Origin: Macrostomum lignano
Taxonomy: Eukaryota
Assembly: GCA_002269645.1 (NCBI GenBank)
Contig: NIVC01002068.1
Span: 1-64,000 of the forward strand
Reading direction: 5' to 3'
Length of the DNA stretch: 64,000 nucleotides
The notes under the pieces were generated by a model. That model had not been told where the DNA came from and made no database searches. It saw nothing but the letters and a program-made list of their open reading frames with translations. This document shows, in pieces, positions 1 to 12,934 of the stretch. A program made the translations under genes and the position numbers. Positions within the stretch are counted from its first letter, which is position 1; each line of letters opens with the position of its first letter.

Positions 1-2
1 AA

Positions 3-200
3 CCGATTGAGCACGTGTGGGATTTCCTGAAGCGCACGATTAGTTGTAACATCTCTATCCCCAGACATGGTCCAGACTGCGCAATGCGCTTTCAGTCGCG
101 TGGCAACAGCTTCCTCAAGACTTTCTGCGGCGCCTTGTATGGGAATGACTCGACGAGTGAGCGGTCTGTTGGATGCTGTGGTTGCTATCTATACCCATGA
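3..200 (+). mobile_element. Degenerate Tc1/mariner transposase, C-terminal fragment (frameshifted)
   Basis: From position 3 the frame reads PIEHVWDFLKR, matching the Tc1 SPDLNPIEHVWD motif. Shifted frames give WSRLRNALSVAWQQLPQDFLRRLV and MTRRV, like the Tc1 tail (L..AL..EW..IP...I..LV.SM.RR). Confidence 0.75.
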
Positions 201-421
201 TAATGGCTATGCTTTAGACATGTACACAGCGTGGAAATGGCATGGACTTGCTTGTTTCGCTGTTCATTTTTGTTGCCTTATTTTGATTGTCTATGGCCCA
301 AACATAATTGAAGAACTTTTCAATCCCTATTAATCGTTCAGCTAGTGTAGCCTTTTGTGCAGACGTGGACACTTTTCAATGTTGCTGAGTGTAAGATATA
401 ACCAGAGAATACTAAATTATC

Positions 422-660
422 TAGCTAAATATAAAATTCCAAAGCAGCCTTCGCAGCTGAAGCCGATTTTACCGATCGGGGCATCTAATTTTGCCCATAG
501 ACTATGACAGCTCATGCAGCTTTTATTGTGGCACTGCAAGCCTCTTTCAGTGAAGAAAACAGCACTGCAGAATCAAGGTGCTGATGTCTATGGCCAAAAG
601 TAGATCTTTGTAAAATCGGCTTCAGCTGCGTTCTATATTTTGGTATTCTATATTTAGCTA
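422..660. mobile_element. MITE with bipartite terminal inverted repeats
   Basis: Perfect 21-bp IR cgcagctgaagccgattttac (452-472) / gtaaaatcggcttcagctgcg (610-630). An outer imperfect IR (tagctaaatataaaattccaaa / tttggtattctatatttagcta) flanks it. No ORF. Confidence 0.65.
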
Positions 661-3128
661 TGGCCACAACTATCAATCCTAAAAGAAAATAGGTCAGTCT
701 GCAGATTAGCTACTTAGTTACAAGCTTTATGTTCTAGCTTGGCCAAACCAACAGATTGAGAACCGAATAAAATTTCAATGCCGACATGTAACTGTAGATG
801 CTATCCCGAAAAATCTATGGCCATTCTACCGCCAATCGATATTCAAAATCATTCTATCAATTGTGAAGTTCTTTAGTCTATGGTTCTGGCCCGACAATCT
901 TTGAAGCTAACTTTTCTTTTCCATACAAGCTGTCCAGTCTTATCAAAAGCTGTTGTTTTATCTAATCACTCTCCATATCCTAAGCTGAAGACTAAGCTGA
1001 GTTTTTTTTCTTGGATTTTCAATTACTCAGTAGTATTGGTGAGTCTTTATTCATCGACCATACCAAATTACACTGGTGTATAGTTAGCTTTCTTACGACT
1101 TTTATTTAACCCTATCATGCTACTAACAGGCAAGTGAAGTGAAGTGAATTGATCAACCTTTCTTTGGCCTAGCCTAGAAAAACGCAATGCCATTTTAGTT
1201 AGGGTTCTTTTTCCTTTAAATTCATTCCATGCCCTTGCATTTGTATATACGCCCGTGACTAATCAATAGCAAGCCTTTCCATTTGACTCACTACCTACCC
1301 TCCAACCCAGCCCTGTTCCATTCAGTCTATCTGTTCCTGTTCCTTCCTCACCCGCCGCTCATTCGCTCGCGCCCCTCTCCATAGCATTTACCACCCCATT
1401 CCGCGTCCGTCCCCCACTGTACACACGAAGGACTGGAGAACGATTGGGACAGAGAGGGAAGCAGAACCTCGATAGAAAGGAAAGCAGGGCAGTTGTATAG
1501 GACCAAGCCATATTCACCCAGAGTCTAAAGCCCTAGCGGAGAGAAACCGCCTATTTCCTATCTAGCGACTAGCTAGGCTTTCTGCTAGCCTCTGCTGCGC
1601 ACACGAAAAGAGAAGCAGAGAAAGATTCAGTCAAGCCACACAGCTAGTCTCTGTCCTCCTAGCTAAAGCCGTTGCTTTAGTCTCATACGCGGTGTTCAGA
1701 CTTAGCAGATACAGCCAACGAGGCCAGTCAGCCTGTGTGCAACACTCGCTTATTCAGTGGCCTGTGTACCTCCTTCACCCTATACGCGCCCGGGACACCA
1801 CAGCTTGGACTGGCTGATTTCCACACACACCTCAGCAAGGCCGGCCACACTCTCTGGCTGGAATCAAGCCTGAATTATACAGGCTAATATTTTTTCTTCT
1901 ACTGAAGCATTTTGTGTGCTTATAAATTGACAGGATTCATTCATACAAGATCGTGTCGAAATCCCAGCATTGCGAGTAGCAATTTTTACTTGGAAGATTT
2001 ACTTGCTTTTTTGATAAGTAGCTTTTTTGTTTTTTCCTTAGCTACGCATACATGTAGATGGATGCAAACTGCAAAACTCTGTTTTAAAACAAACCGTCTT
2101 TCGCAAAGATATTCGATTCAAATCGAATTCGGCACAATCGGTAAGTTTTTATTTAAGTGCAGTTCTAACTTCTAATATTATTATTCGACTTGTGTGGATA
2201 TTCTGTTAAATTTAGGATAAATTAGATTTACAGTATAACAGCGCAAATTTGTACAACACGAACACAGTTTTAGTAGTTGGGCGGCTTGCCCAACACGCGG
2301 CGGCAGTGTAGTAATTTTATTTTAGCTTTGAAGAGGTAGGAAAGTTGATTGAACACTGTAATACTGATATCATTAGCTATTATGGACATTAAATCTTACA
2401 AATACAAAATATAGTCTACTGTATAGTCTACCGAAGTTTCTATCAAATAATAGTAGTCTAGTTTTTTCTACAAGTCTGAATCTGATCGCTTATTTGAATT
2501 TGAAGTCTTCAATCTACTGGCACACTAATAGACAGGTGTTAAAAGCAGAATTTCCCAATCAAGCAGTTTGTTGGCAATGCTAAAACGCGTATAGTGTGGC
2601 TGTTGCATACTGTCCGAAAATTCTCAAGAAGAATTTCAGCCAAAAATGATTTATTTTATGAAAATGAGGTTTCAATTAATAGGCCTTAAATATTTTCATA
2701 TTTGAAGTTGGCCGGAACTTTGCTAGGAAGCTCTTTACCGTCTTTGCCAGGGAGTCAACTTGTCTGATGAGGACCTACCGAGGACAAGATTGCCTACCCC
2801 ATATTTATAACTTTGGTCATTGCGACCATGCGCGTCTCGCTTACTTTTGCGAGGTGCAATTTTTGCAGCCACCGCTTTGCTTTGAGGTGGCCAAGCTCCT
2901 TAGTATACTGAATGGATAAAAAAGTTTGTCAGTCGCACCTAGCAGATCTTAGTGATGCGTGTTTTGTTTAAAAAACAGCACTATTGTACTAATAGATTTA
3001 CATACACAACTAATTAGATGACGAGGCATTTTTGTATGTTAAGATGATCATAGTTACTCTCACCGTTTACCAGCAATTTAAAAATTTAGTTTAAAAATTT
3101 GCTTTCTCCCTTGTCCAGTCAAGCCCCG

Positions 3129-6100
3129 ATGAGTAAACGCAAACTCGCCGCCGCGTCTTCGGCGTCGACAATCGAACCAGTTGCTATGGCAACAGAACAG
3201 GATCGGCACGCATTCGCCACGAAATTGAGGGATTTTCATTACGCCAGAAAGTGAGTAACAAATTGAAATGTTGAAAATATACCTTCTGATTGACACTGAT
3301 TTCTCCCCGTGTATGCCTGTAAGTGCACTATCGCTAAATACTGTTGGCGAATCCGTGAGGCTTATGGTACTAATATGTAATCATAAATTGAATAACTTCT
3401 TGACCGGCTCCGGGCTTCCCACCGCTTGCTCCGCCGCCGCCGCCGTCCCTCCTGTACTTCTGACCTAAGCTGTACTTGGTTAAATAATCATTTTTGTTCA
3501 ACAAAACTATTTTTAGAACACCCTTCCTGCACGCACCGGTGGTGCTTGGCAGACGGGTCGACTTTCTGCGCCTGTATAATACGGTAGCGTCTCTTGGCGG
3601 CTACAGACGGGTGAGTTGGTAGCGTTATTTGAATTCATGCGTTTGCTTGACTGTGTGGGGGTCGCTTTTTAAGTGGCAGAACTTAGATAAATAGGCCCAT
3701 AAATATATGGTAGAATCTTTTTAAGTGTCTCGGACAGCGGGACCCCCTTGACCCCCCTCCCCCCCAGAGATCCGTCCCTGTGTGCGTAGCGACAAGACGA
3801 CCCACACAGGGCTCTGAGTTTCTCAACGTCGGGCGACGGGCAGGACCTTCGATGGGGGGGGGCTGCCTGAATCGCCCGAAAGGCCAAGTCTACTACAGAA
3901 TTCTCTTATAGAATCTCCCAGCCTCCCATTTATCTTCTCTGCAACTCGGCACCTCCCCTTTGCCCCCAATAGGGGCGAAGTGTCCCATTATCCGGACAGA
4001 ATCCCGCTTTAAATTAGGTCATCAGCTAATTCAGATGACAAGGAACTTTTATTATCCAATATCCATCATGTTTTCTCATTGTTTCATTATCTAATATCAG
4101 GTGAACGATGCAGAGGACTGGTACCGTGTCCTGGAGTCCATGGGCCTGTACAAGTACTGTGCCAACGCAGAGATGGCTATTAGACAAGTGTACCTGCGCT
4201 ATCTGGAGCCCTTCGAGCGGCATCAGCAGCATCACCAGCACGAACCGGACAAAGATCTGTCCGGCTTTGTCCGCCCCGCCTACGACGAAGATAGCAACGA
4301 CGCCGAATCGTCAATGTCGATGTCGATGTCGTCTCGAGTTAAGCGTTCGCAGAGTTTCGCATCGGAGACCTCCAATGCCGCGGCGGTTGCGGCTGCGGCG
4401 GCTGCTGGCACCGCTGTACCAGGCGAAATGGCCTGTCCAGCTGTCTACAATGTGCAGAGCCACATACTGGCAGCGCATATGCGCGAGCAGTGGGGCTTGT
4501 CCTGCGATTTAGTTGACTCCACAGAATTGGCTTCCATGGAGAAGGCGCTGCTGTGCGGACTGCCAAACGAAGTTGACTTTGCCATCAATGCCTGCCTGTT
4601 GATGTCTTATCAGCCTGGTGGATTCCAGCTGCTGTCCAATCCGAGAATTCTCGAACTGCTGGCCGCTCACGCTGGGGTGTTCGATTCTGGTGAGTTTGGG
4701 GGCATGGCTGGCGGGCACTGGCAGATCACTGGCTGAAAGGTCAGTAGCGGGCAGTGGCAGATCACTGACTGAAAGGTCAGTAGCGGGCACTGGCAGATCA
4801 CTGGCTGAAGGGTCAGTGGGGAGCAGTTGCAGATCACCGAAGGATTAGTGGGGGGGCAGTGGAAGATCACCGAAGGATCAGTGGGGGGGCAGTGGCAGAT
4901 CACCGAAGGATCAGTGGGGGGGGGCAGTGGCAGATCACTGACTGAAGGAAGGATTAGTAGGAGCAGTGGTAGATCACTGAAGGATCAGTGGGGGGTAGTG
5001 GCAGATCACTGAAGGATCAGTGGGAGCAGTGGCAGATCACTGAAGGATCAGTGGGGGCAGTGGCAGATCACTGAAGGATCAGTGGGGGCAGTGGCAGATC
5101 ACTGAAGGATCAGTGGGGGCAGTGGCAGATCACTGAAGGATCAGTGGGGGCAGTGGCAGATCACTGAAGGATCACTGGGAGCAGTGGCAGATCACTGAAG
5201 GATCAGTGGGAGCAGTGGCAGATCACTGAAGGATCAGTGGGAGCAGTGGCAGTTCACTGAAGGATCACTGGGAGCAGTGGCAGATCACTGAAGGATCAGT
5301 GGGGGCAGTGGCAGATCACTGAAGGATCAGTGGGGGCAGTGGCAGATCACTGAAGGATCAGTGGGAGCAGTGGCAGACCTCTGAATGGTCAGCGGCAGAT
5401 TACTGATGGACCTGAAGGGCTTAATGCATGTATGGCATTACATGGAGAAAACACTGATCTCTGTAAACTGATGAGTGTGATGTTAACAACCAATGAAATA
5501 CCATTTAATTTTAGGCCCTCGATCGTATTTTCCATTGATGCAAGAGTGGCTGAGCCAAAATAAGACAAACATGCTACGGGTAAGTTTGTTGTTTTTCATT
5601 TCCTTTTTTATATGCAAATAGTGCTACTCATAAAAAGTAGCTTGATGCAAAATTATCAGTGTTTTTTGTTTCCCAATGTTTTTTAGTTCTGGTACGAGTC
5701 GGTCTGGGACAGCGAATTTCGCAATCTGCTCTCTCCCACCTGGCTGTCGCACGATCAGTCTGACTCTGACGCCGTCGAAAACGTCGACATCCCCGACGCT
5801 GAACCTGTCTGGCGGCTGATGAATCTCACCGCAGATCTGGGCCTGCGCGATCTCGCCGGCCAACGTGTTGTCCTAATCGTCACCGCGCTGCGCAACCTGG
5901 TGCTCGAGGATCGGCCAAATGCCGTCGCTTTGACGCGTTCGCCGCCAGCCCTGCGCCTCCTCCTGCTGTGTGCCGCCAGCCGGCACTCCACTTTGCAGCA
6001 TCTGGCGCTGGACTCGCTGGCCTCGCTGCCGATTGTTCTGCACTCGGCCAGGCTGGCCACGGCAATGCAGCTGCTGCTGCGGCGGTGCCTAGGCAGTCAG

Positions 6101-9100
6101 GATCGGCAGTTGATTGTGCGGGGTGAGTCTGTGGGATCGTTGGAGAGAATTAACCAGGTTTTTGTGTGCTGGAAGGAATGCCAATTCAGCAAAGCATATC
6201 ACTCCTTACTTAAACAGGGAGGTCAGCGGCCCCCTGACAGAGATGGGGAGCCATGTAGAGGAGGTCAAGGGGTCAGCGGCCCTCTGACATCTGAGATGGG
6301 GAGCCATGTAGGAGGTCAAGGGGGTCAGCGGCCCCTGGCATTTGAGATGGGAAGCCATGTTGAGGTCAAGGGGTCAGCGGCCCCTGGCATTTGAGATGGG
6401 AAGCCATGTTGAGGTCTTGAGGAGGTCAGGGGGGTCAGTGGCCCCCTGGCATTTGAGATGGGAAGCCATGTTGAGGTCTTGAGGAGGTCAAGGGGGTCAG
6501 CGGCCCCCTGGCATTTGAGATGGGGAGCCATCTAGCGGAGGTCAAGGCTAAAAATCTATCATAAATTTCGAATTCTATATGAAAGTTTGACTGATTTTAA
6601 GTTTAGCGAAAAAAAAGCCAGCACAAAAATGACGGACGGCTTTATTGTTTATTGATGATTTTGCAGCTCAATTAAATTTTGCAGTAAAAATGCTTGCATT
6701 GTTACTGATTTGAGTAGGTCAGTTTGGCAGTTAGTAGAAAAATTAGTTGGAAAATTGCTTAAAAACTCGCCAGGTCTCGAGTTGCTCTGCTGCCTAGCCA
6801 GCCAGCCCGACAACTGGAAGCGCCTTCAGTCAGACGTCGACCTTCTGCCCGCCGATCTTGCCGACAACCTCGCCGCCTGGCTGCTCCTGAAGGATCTTCA
6901 ACTGATGCTGGCAGCCCTGGAGGCCGCCAATCGGCTGTCAGGCGTCGGTGGCGACTGTTCAACCCGGCTGTGTTCGCCCTCGCCGGAGCTGCTTCGCGTC
7001 CTGCTGTCGCTGCTCACCTTCGAGGCCTCCCAGGTTGGCAGCGCCGGCATTGTCGGCATCAAGATCTTCCAGGGTCCCGGCGCCGCGGCTGGTTCGACTC
7101 CGGCTGCTTCTGCTGCGGCTGCGGCGGCTGCATCAGCGGCGGCGGCGGCGACGGCAGCTGCTGCAGTGGGTGCACCTAACGACTGCGGCATGCCGCCTCC
7201 ACCGCCTCCGCCACCTCAGCAGCAGCAGCAACAACAGCAAGTTGCTCTTGTCCGCCAGTCTCAACAGCAGTCTAATCATATTCAAGCTCAGCAGCCGCCT
7301 AATCTGCGCGACTACATCGTCTGGTGGCTGCGCAGTCGCCGTGTGACGCCGGGACCGCACAGGCTGTCTCTGCTGCATGCCGACTGCGGTCGCGCCTTCG
7401 CCGCTCAGTTCAACGGGGCGCCCTTCCTGACGCTCGCCGACTTCTGCTCGCTGCTTGGGTGAGCGGGTTTAGCGGTGTTTTTTTGCTGCGGTTTTTTGCT
7501 CACGCTATCTAATTATGCGTGAGATTTTCATTTTTCATGTAATTATGCTTGAGAATCTCATCTAATTAGGTGTGAGACTGTGAGAATCTCATCTAATTAT
7601 GCTGAGAATCTCATCTAGTTAGGTGTGAGACTGTGAGAAACTCATCTAATTATGCGTGAGATTTTCATTTTTCATGTAATTAGGCGTGAGAATCTCATCT
7701 AATTATGCGTGAGAATCTCATCTAATTATGCGTGAGAATCTCATCTAATTAGGCGTGAGAATCTCATCTAATTATGCGTGAGAATCTCATCTAATTAGGC
7801 GTGAGAATCTCATCTAATTATGCGTGAGAATCTCATCTAATTATGCGTGAGAATCTCATCTAATTAGGCGTGAGAATCTCATCTAATTAGGCGTGAGAAT
7901 CTCATCTAATTAGGCGTGAGAATCTCATCTAATTATGCGTGAGAATCTCATCTAATTTTGCGTGAGAATCTCATCTAATTTTGCGTGAGAATCTGATCTA
8001 ATTATGCGTGAGAATCTCATCTAATTAGGCGTGAAAATCTCATGTAATTAGGTGTAAGAATCTCATCTAATTAGGTGTAAGAATCTCATCTAATTAGGTG
8101 TGAGACTGTGAGAATCTCATCTAATTATGCGTGAGAATCTCATCTAATTAGGCGTGAGAATCTAATTAAGCGTGAGAATCTTATCTAATTAGGCGTGAGA
8201 ATCTTATCTAATTAGGCGTGAGAATATTCACCCAGTAAAAGTACGATTCTACCCCAGTCAGGCATGAGTAAACCGCCAAATCAGGAGCCTTTTAATCCAC
8301 TCAATCCCAAAACCATAACAACACCCTAATCAACCCCCTCCCTCTAAATCTCCCCAGCGACCTGGGCTTCTCGGCCGCTCCAGAGCTGCAGAACGGCGGG
8401 CTGTCCATTGTCCAGCAGCCGGCCGCGCCCACCATGGACAATGACAACTCGAAACTGGTGCTAGAGGAAGCTTCTACTCCGACTAAGAAAGTTCTGACTG
8501 AAAAGCAGGACCAACGCCAGAAGCAGACGGAGCAGCAGCAGAGGCAGCCGCGCCGGCGAAACTCCTGCTCGTCCGTGTCCTCAAGTGACGATTCTTCATC
8601 AGCGGCGGCCGCCGGCGGGCGCTTGATGACCGCGTCGGAACCGCAGGCGACTGGCAGCAACAGCTCGAGCGATCCGGCCAGCACCGCCGTCACCGATTCC
8701 GCGGCCTCGCCAAGCGCCGCAGCGGACAGCCCGGCAGTGCTGGGCCACGAGGCCGTCATCGAGCGGGTGCTGAACCACCTCAGGCCGGGCGAAGCCGCCG
8801 CCAAGGCCAAACAGCAGCAGCAGCAGCAGCAGGTCTTAGTCAACGGGCATCACCCGTCTCTGCCTAACGGCGCCTCCGTTTCCATCCTGCCGAACGGTCA
8901 CGACTCCCAGCCTAAGCCGACTTCCCAGCAGCCTCAGCAACAGCAGCAGCAGTTGATTCGCATTGTCGGACCGCCGTCAACTCCGCAGCAGCCTCCGCTG
9001 GGCCTCCTGTGCGAATGGGACGGCTGTTGGTATTGCGGCGACACGCCTGCCCGAGTGCTGCACCACGTCTACACCCGCCACCTGCGGGACAGCGGCCAGT

Positions 9101-9627
9101 CCAGCGGCCAGTCCTACCAATGCCGCTGCCTGTGGCGCGGCTGCGATCCCACGCCGCGCGGGGCCTACTCCCTGCTGGCCCACGTGCAGGAGTCGCACTG
9201 TTCCGAGCGAGCTCTCCAAGCCTCACTTCAGCGTCGCCGCGCCGTAGCCCTATCGCCGTCGTCTTCCTCGGCGTCAATTGCCAACGAAGGAAAGAATGCC
9301 AACCAGCCGGCGATGCTGCGACTGCCGGAGGATGCGGCCAGGCACGCCATCCACCGGCTGGCCGCTCGCGAAGTGGTTGCTAACGCTGCCGCCGCGGCGG
9401 CCGCTGCCGCAGCCTCCTCGCCATCGGGTTCGTCAGTGTCCAGCCGGGAGGGCCCGGTGACGAAGCACATCAGGCTGACTGCGGCCCTGGCTCTGCGAAA
9501 TCTGCTTAGGCACGCCCAGCCGGCCAGGCTATTCGTGTCCGGCTATTCGGACTATCTGGCCGAGATTTGCCTGTCCGGCAGCGAGGCGGCCCTCATTGTT
9601 AGCCAGTGCGTGTGCGACTTGGCCTGA
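3129..9627 (+). CDS. ARID2: AT-rich interaction domain protein 2 (PBAF subunit BAF200), about 1086 aa
   Basis: Exons 3129-3250, 3517-3610, 4101-4689, 5515-5579, 5687-6122, 6774-7458, 8358-9627; all GT-AG, phases compatible, 3261 nt total. Motifs: ARID domain (AFATKLRDFHYAR..LYNTVASLGG..YLRYLEPFE), LLCGLPNEVDFAINAC, GQRVVLIVTALRNL, RFX-like segment, two zinc fingers (CEWDGC..H..H; CLWRGC..H..HC) and KHIRLTAALALRNL. Confidence 0.95.
4700..5400. repeat. 30/31-bp minisatellite in ARID2 intron 3
   Basis: Unit ggcagatcactgaaggatcagtgggggcagt; period 31 (tgaagg at 5041 and 5072). Confidence 0.95.
6215..6550. repeat. About 50-60-bp degenerate tandem repeat in ARID2 intron 5
   Basis: Recurring gaggtcaagggggtcagcggcccctggcatttgagatgggaagccatg. 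Confidence 0.85.
7505..8222. repeat. 23-bp minisatellite in ARID2 intron 6
   Basis: Unit gtgagaatctcatctaatta(t/g)gc, containing the interrupted palindrome tgaga-a-tctca. Confidence 0.95.
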
Positions 9628-9674
9628 CTACTACTTCAACTGAATTATTGAATCCATAATCAATATCGTTGGAG

Positions 9675-9940
9675 AAAGCTTTGAGGTTGATAGCTTAATT
9701 TAGCCGATATGTATCGAAAGATAAGTAATTCATTGAATTATAATTCATTGCAGAAAAGCTTCAAGGTTTCTAGCTTAATTTAGCCGATATGTATCGAAAG
9801 ATAAGTAATTCATTTAATAATAATTCATAGCAGAAAAGCTTCAAGGTTTCTAGCTTAATTTAGCCGATATGTATCGAAAGATAAGTAATTCATTTAATAA
9901 TAATTCATAGCAGAAAAGCTTCAAAGGTTGCTAATGTATC
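9675..9940. repeat. 80-bp tandem repeat (about 3 copies) just downstream of the ARID2 stop
   Basis: tagccgatat recurs at 9701, 9781 and 9861. Confidence 0.9.
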
Positions 9941-11421
9941 GAAATAAATGTGACGTGTTTAATAGGTTCGATGGGATTCTAAAACGCTAGATAGGCCACA
10001 CTATCTCAGTGAGTAAATGATACTAAGCTAGATTATCATTGGTGCCGTTTGGTGCCGTGACTCTGCTGTCTGCAGCTTAGACCAGCAAAGTTGATGTCTC
10101 TCGCACCTAATTAGCCAAAAAAGACAAGCAGGCCATTTTTATTGCTTTGAACAGACAGCCTTTACTGCTTTAGGATTCTTGGGGTTTTATCTAGGCAAAA
10201 TTTCATTTATACACCAAGGCGTGTCTTTTCCCACCTATATGATATCGTAATGCTACTGATAGAAATAAGTAATATAGAATAAATAGCTGTGTTCTTTCAC
10301 ACTCAGCATTGATTTGGTAAAGCGTAGACACTGGCGATGTCCCAAAAGCACTCCGTCATTCAAAATTTGATTATTATAAAGCCCGCTTCCTGTGCTAGCA
10401 AAATAGTTGTTGCTTTTTTAATCTTCGTTTTTGTGTCCTTTCCGTGTAAGCAAATATTGTAAAAATTATTGTAAAACTAAAATGTTTTTCAGTTTAGTAA
10501 AGCTTGTAAGTTTAATAAATTTGCCTGTTCAAATACTGTTCATTCCCAAGCTGGCAAAGTCCGGATTTAGCTGTTCCAAAATTCTTCGTTTGCGCTCCCG
10601 TTGTATCTTGTGCTGTAATATTATTCGTCTGTTTTTCATGTTGCCTGATTTTTAAATCCTTGCATTTTTTTAAAATATCCGTTCAAATTCTCGTACTTGT
10701 TACTATGAGTAGTAATATATTAGTGACAGTGTCTGATTGTTGGTTGTTAATTAAAGCTCTGTTTCAATAAATTCACAACTCGTGTCTCTCACACAAAAGC
10801 ACACACTTGTTCCCCGCGGCAGCTGTGCCCGTGCAAGCATTTTAAACAATTATATTTTATAATATCATGTGTAAAAATTCCTAATTTAGTTGACGTGTAA
10901 AGTTGTATTAAATTGAAAATACCCAGGAGAATTGCAAACACAAAAAGCAATCAGCCGGGTTCTCCCCGCGTCCCACAACCGTATTGCAAAGCGTATTGAC
11001 TAATACAAATATAATAAATATGCAACAGGCTATATAAATACGATGCGGCCACACACCAATCCAATATGTTTGTTTATCCGATCCATGATCACGACGCCTT
11101 TGTACAATTTTCTGTCTTAGTTTTATTCGAATGGATCTGTGTGTATTCAGATCTTGTTTCTTTGCAGATTATAGGACTAGCATTCAAAATTTTATTAAAT
11201 TTATTGATTATAAGGGGATGTAATTCTTGCCCCCCTTTAGCGATGCCTCTGCTTATGTTGGTGTAATACATTGAAATAATACAGAAAATTATGCATCTGT
11301 CGTGTGTGACTTTAATACTGATGACAATTCGATTGATTTCGATGTGCAGTTGTTAAAACGACTCGCTGATGCATGTGAGGCTTCATACAGACAACAACGT
11401 CGAATAAGGCATTCCTAAATT

Positions 11422-12525
11422 CAGTGTTGGGCACTTCCGTTACCGAGTAACTTGCAAATGGTAACGCAAGTTACTTTTTCGTAAAGCGTTCCTTACGCAA
11501 GTTACTTTTTTATTTTAGTAACGGAGTAACGGTAAGTTACTCAAATTTCAGAAGTCCGTTTCAGTTACTTTGCAACAATCGCAATATTTAAATTTAAAAC
11601 TGAAATGCTTAGCTATTACGCCGGTTGTCACATGTTTTTGCATTTTTCATTCCTAAATTCAAAATTAAGTGAATAGTATCATGGTATTGCGCTTAATTAA
11701 TGAAGAAATACTTGAAACATGTTTTACTTTGTTAATTTCGGTAAAATATTTTCGCCTTTCATTGGGCCTTTTCATATTACCAATTCCAGAACCAGAATCG
11801 GTTCGGAATTCCAAGAAAAACAGCAGTATAACTATTAAACTCTGTTCATATTTGACTGCCTTAACAACCTAACTTAGCACAATTTTTCACTTTCTTCTTG
11901 GCGATTGTCATTCAATAATAAAAACTTTATAGCACGTATCTCCCTCTAGTTATGGAGACAAAAAGTTATACTTCACAAATTGGTTCTGGTTCTGGAACCA
12001 GAGCAAGCAATATGAAAAGGCCCATTTTCGTAACTAAAAATTTTCAAGTTTGATTCAAACAAACAACCAAAGAAAGAAATTCATCTGTAGCCTCCCACAA
12101 GTCCCTCCACTGGCACTGCAGTACACTACACCATTTTATACAGTTCTATTTATTTTACTCTATTGAATTATTGATATTCGTTTATTTTATCATTTATTAA
12201 TAATTAATAATTAATTGATTGCCTTTCCCATTGGTCCTTCTACTTGCCTCACATTGTGTCGCCAATTCCTGTCTCTGTCTGGTAATCGGTTAATCCCAAT
12301 GCCCAATGGCAAATTTCGGTAACAACAATGTGAAAAAATGTGCAATGTGAAAAAGCAGAAAATTTTGTTAATAACATGGGTAACGGAAGTGAGTAACGGA
12401 CAGTAACTTAAAAGTTACCAGGTTTTTGTCTAAAGTTACTAGGCTAACGTAAGTTACTCTTTAAAAATTGGTAACTTAAGTTACAGTAACGCAAGTTACT
12501 TTTTTGAGTAACTTGCCCAACACTA
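11422..12525. mobile_element. Non-autonomous hAT DNA transposon
   Basis: TIRs cagtgttgggca / tgcccaacacta, an exact 8-bp TSD cctaaatt (11414-11421, 12526-12533), and subterminal gtaac/gttac motifs. Confidence 0.9.
11764..12023. mobile_element. PIF/Harbinger (Tourist-like) MITE nested in the hAT element
   Basis: TIR gggccttttcatatt / aatatgaaaaggccc with 3-bp TSD att on both sides, and an inner IR of ccagaaccag motifs. Confidence 0.75.
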
Positions 12526-12934
12526 CCTAAATTCAAAATCACTTGTGTCTTTAAGTGTAACTGCGTAAAAATTAAGTTTCTGGCACTTCATACAGAAGAA
12601 ATCCACAGTGATTAGTCACCTGACGTAGAGAGGAACATTTTTAGTCTTTAAAGAAAGACGTTGTTTTTCAATTTTTAACTTCTGTGCTGGAAAATAAATA
12701 TATTTTACGTATATATTTAAGAAAAACTTAATTTTCTGATGTTCTCATAAAAATTTTGTTAAGATATGATAAGAAGAAAAAGTTTAACTATTTGCTTTTC
12801 CAAGAACCATGGTAAATAGTTTTCGTGGCAAAATTAATACTTAGTGGTCTAGCCGCCCAGATCCAATCCAACTGTAACATTTTAAAATTATTTAGTTATT
12901 TGCCGTTCTTTGTTATCTTAATAAAAATTCAACA

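Noticed and set aside
2763-2800. Hammerhead ribozyme (ctgatgag)
   Set aside because: No stem II closed by GAAA; the similar motif at about 5468 also fails.
4700-5400. CRISPR-like palindromic ~30-bp repeats
   Set aside because: No unique spacers, no cas genes, and the array lies in a eukaryotic intron.
8258-8357. Upstream acceptor (8257) for the last ARID2 exon
   Set aside because: It introduces stop codons; the acceptor at 8357 gives the correct phase.
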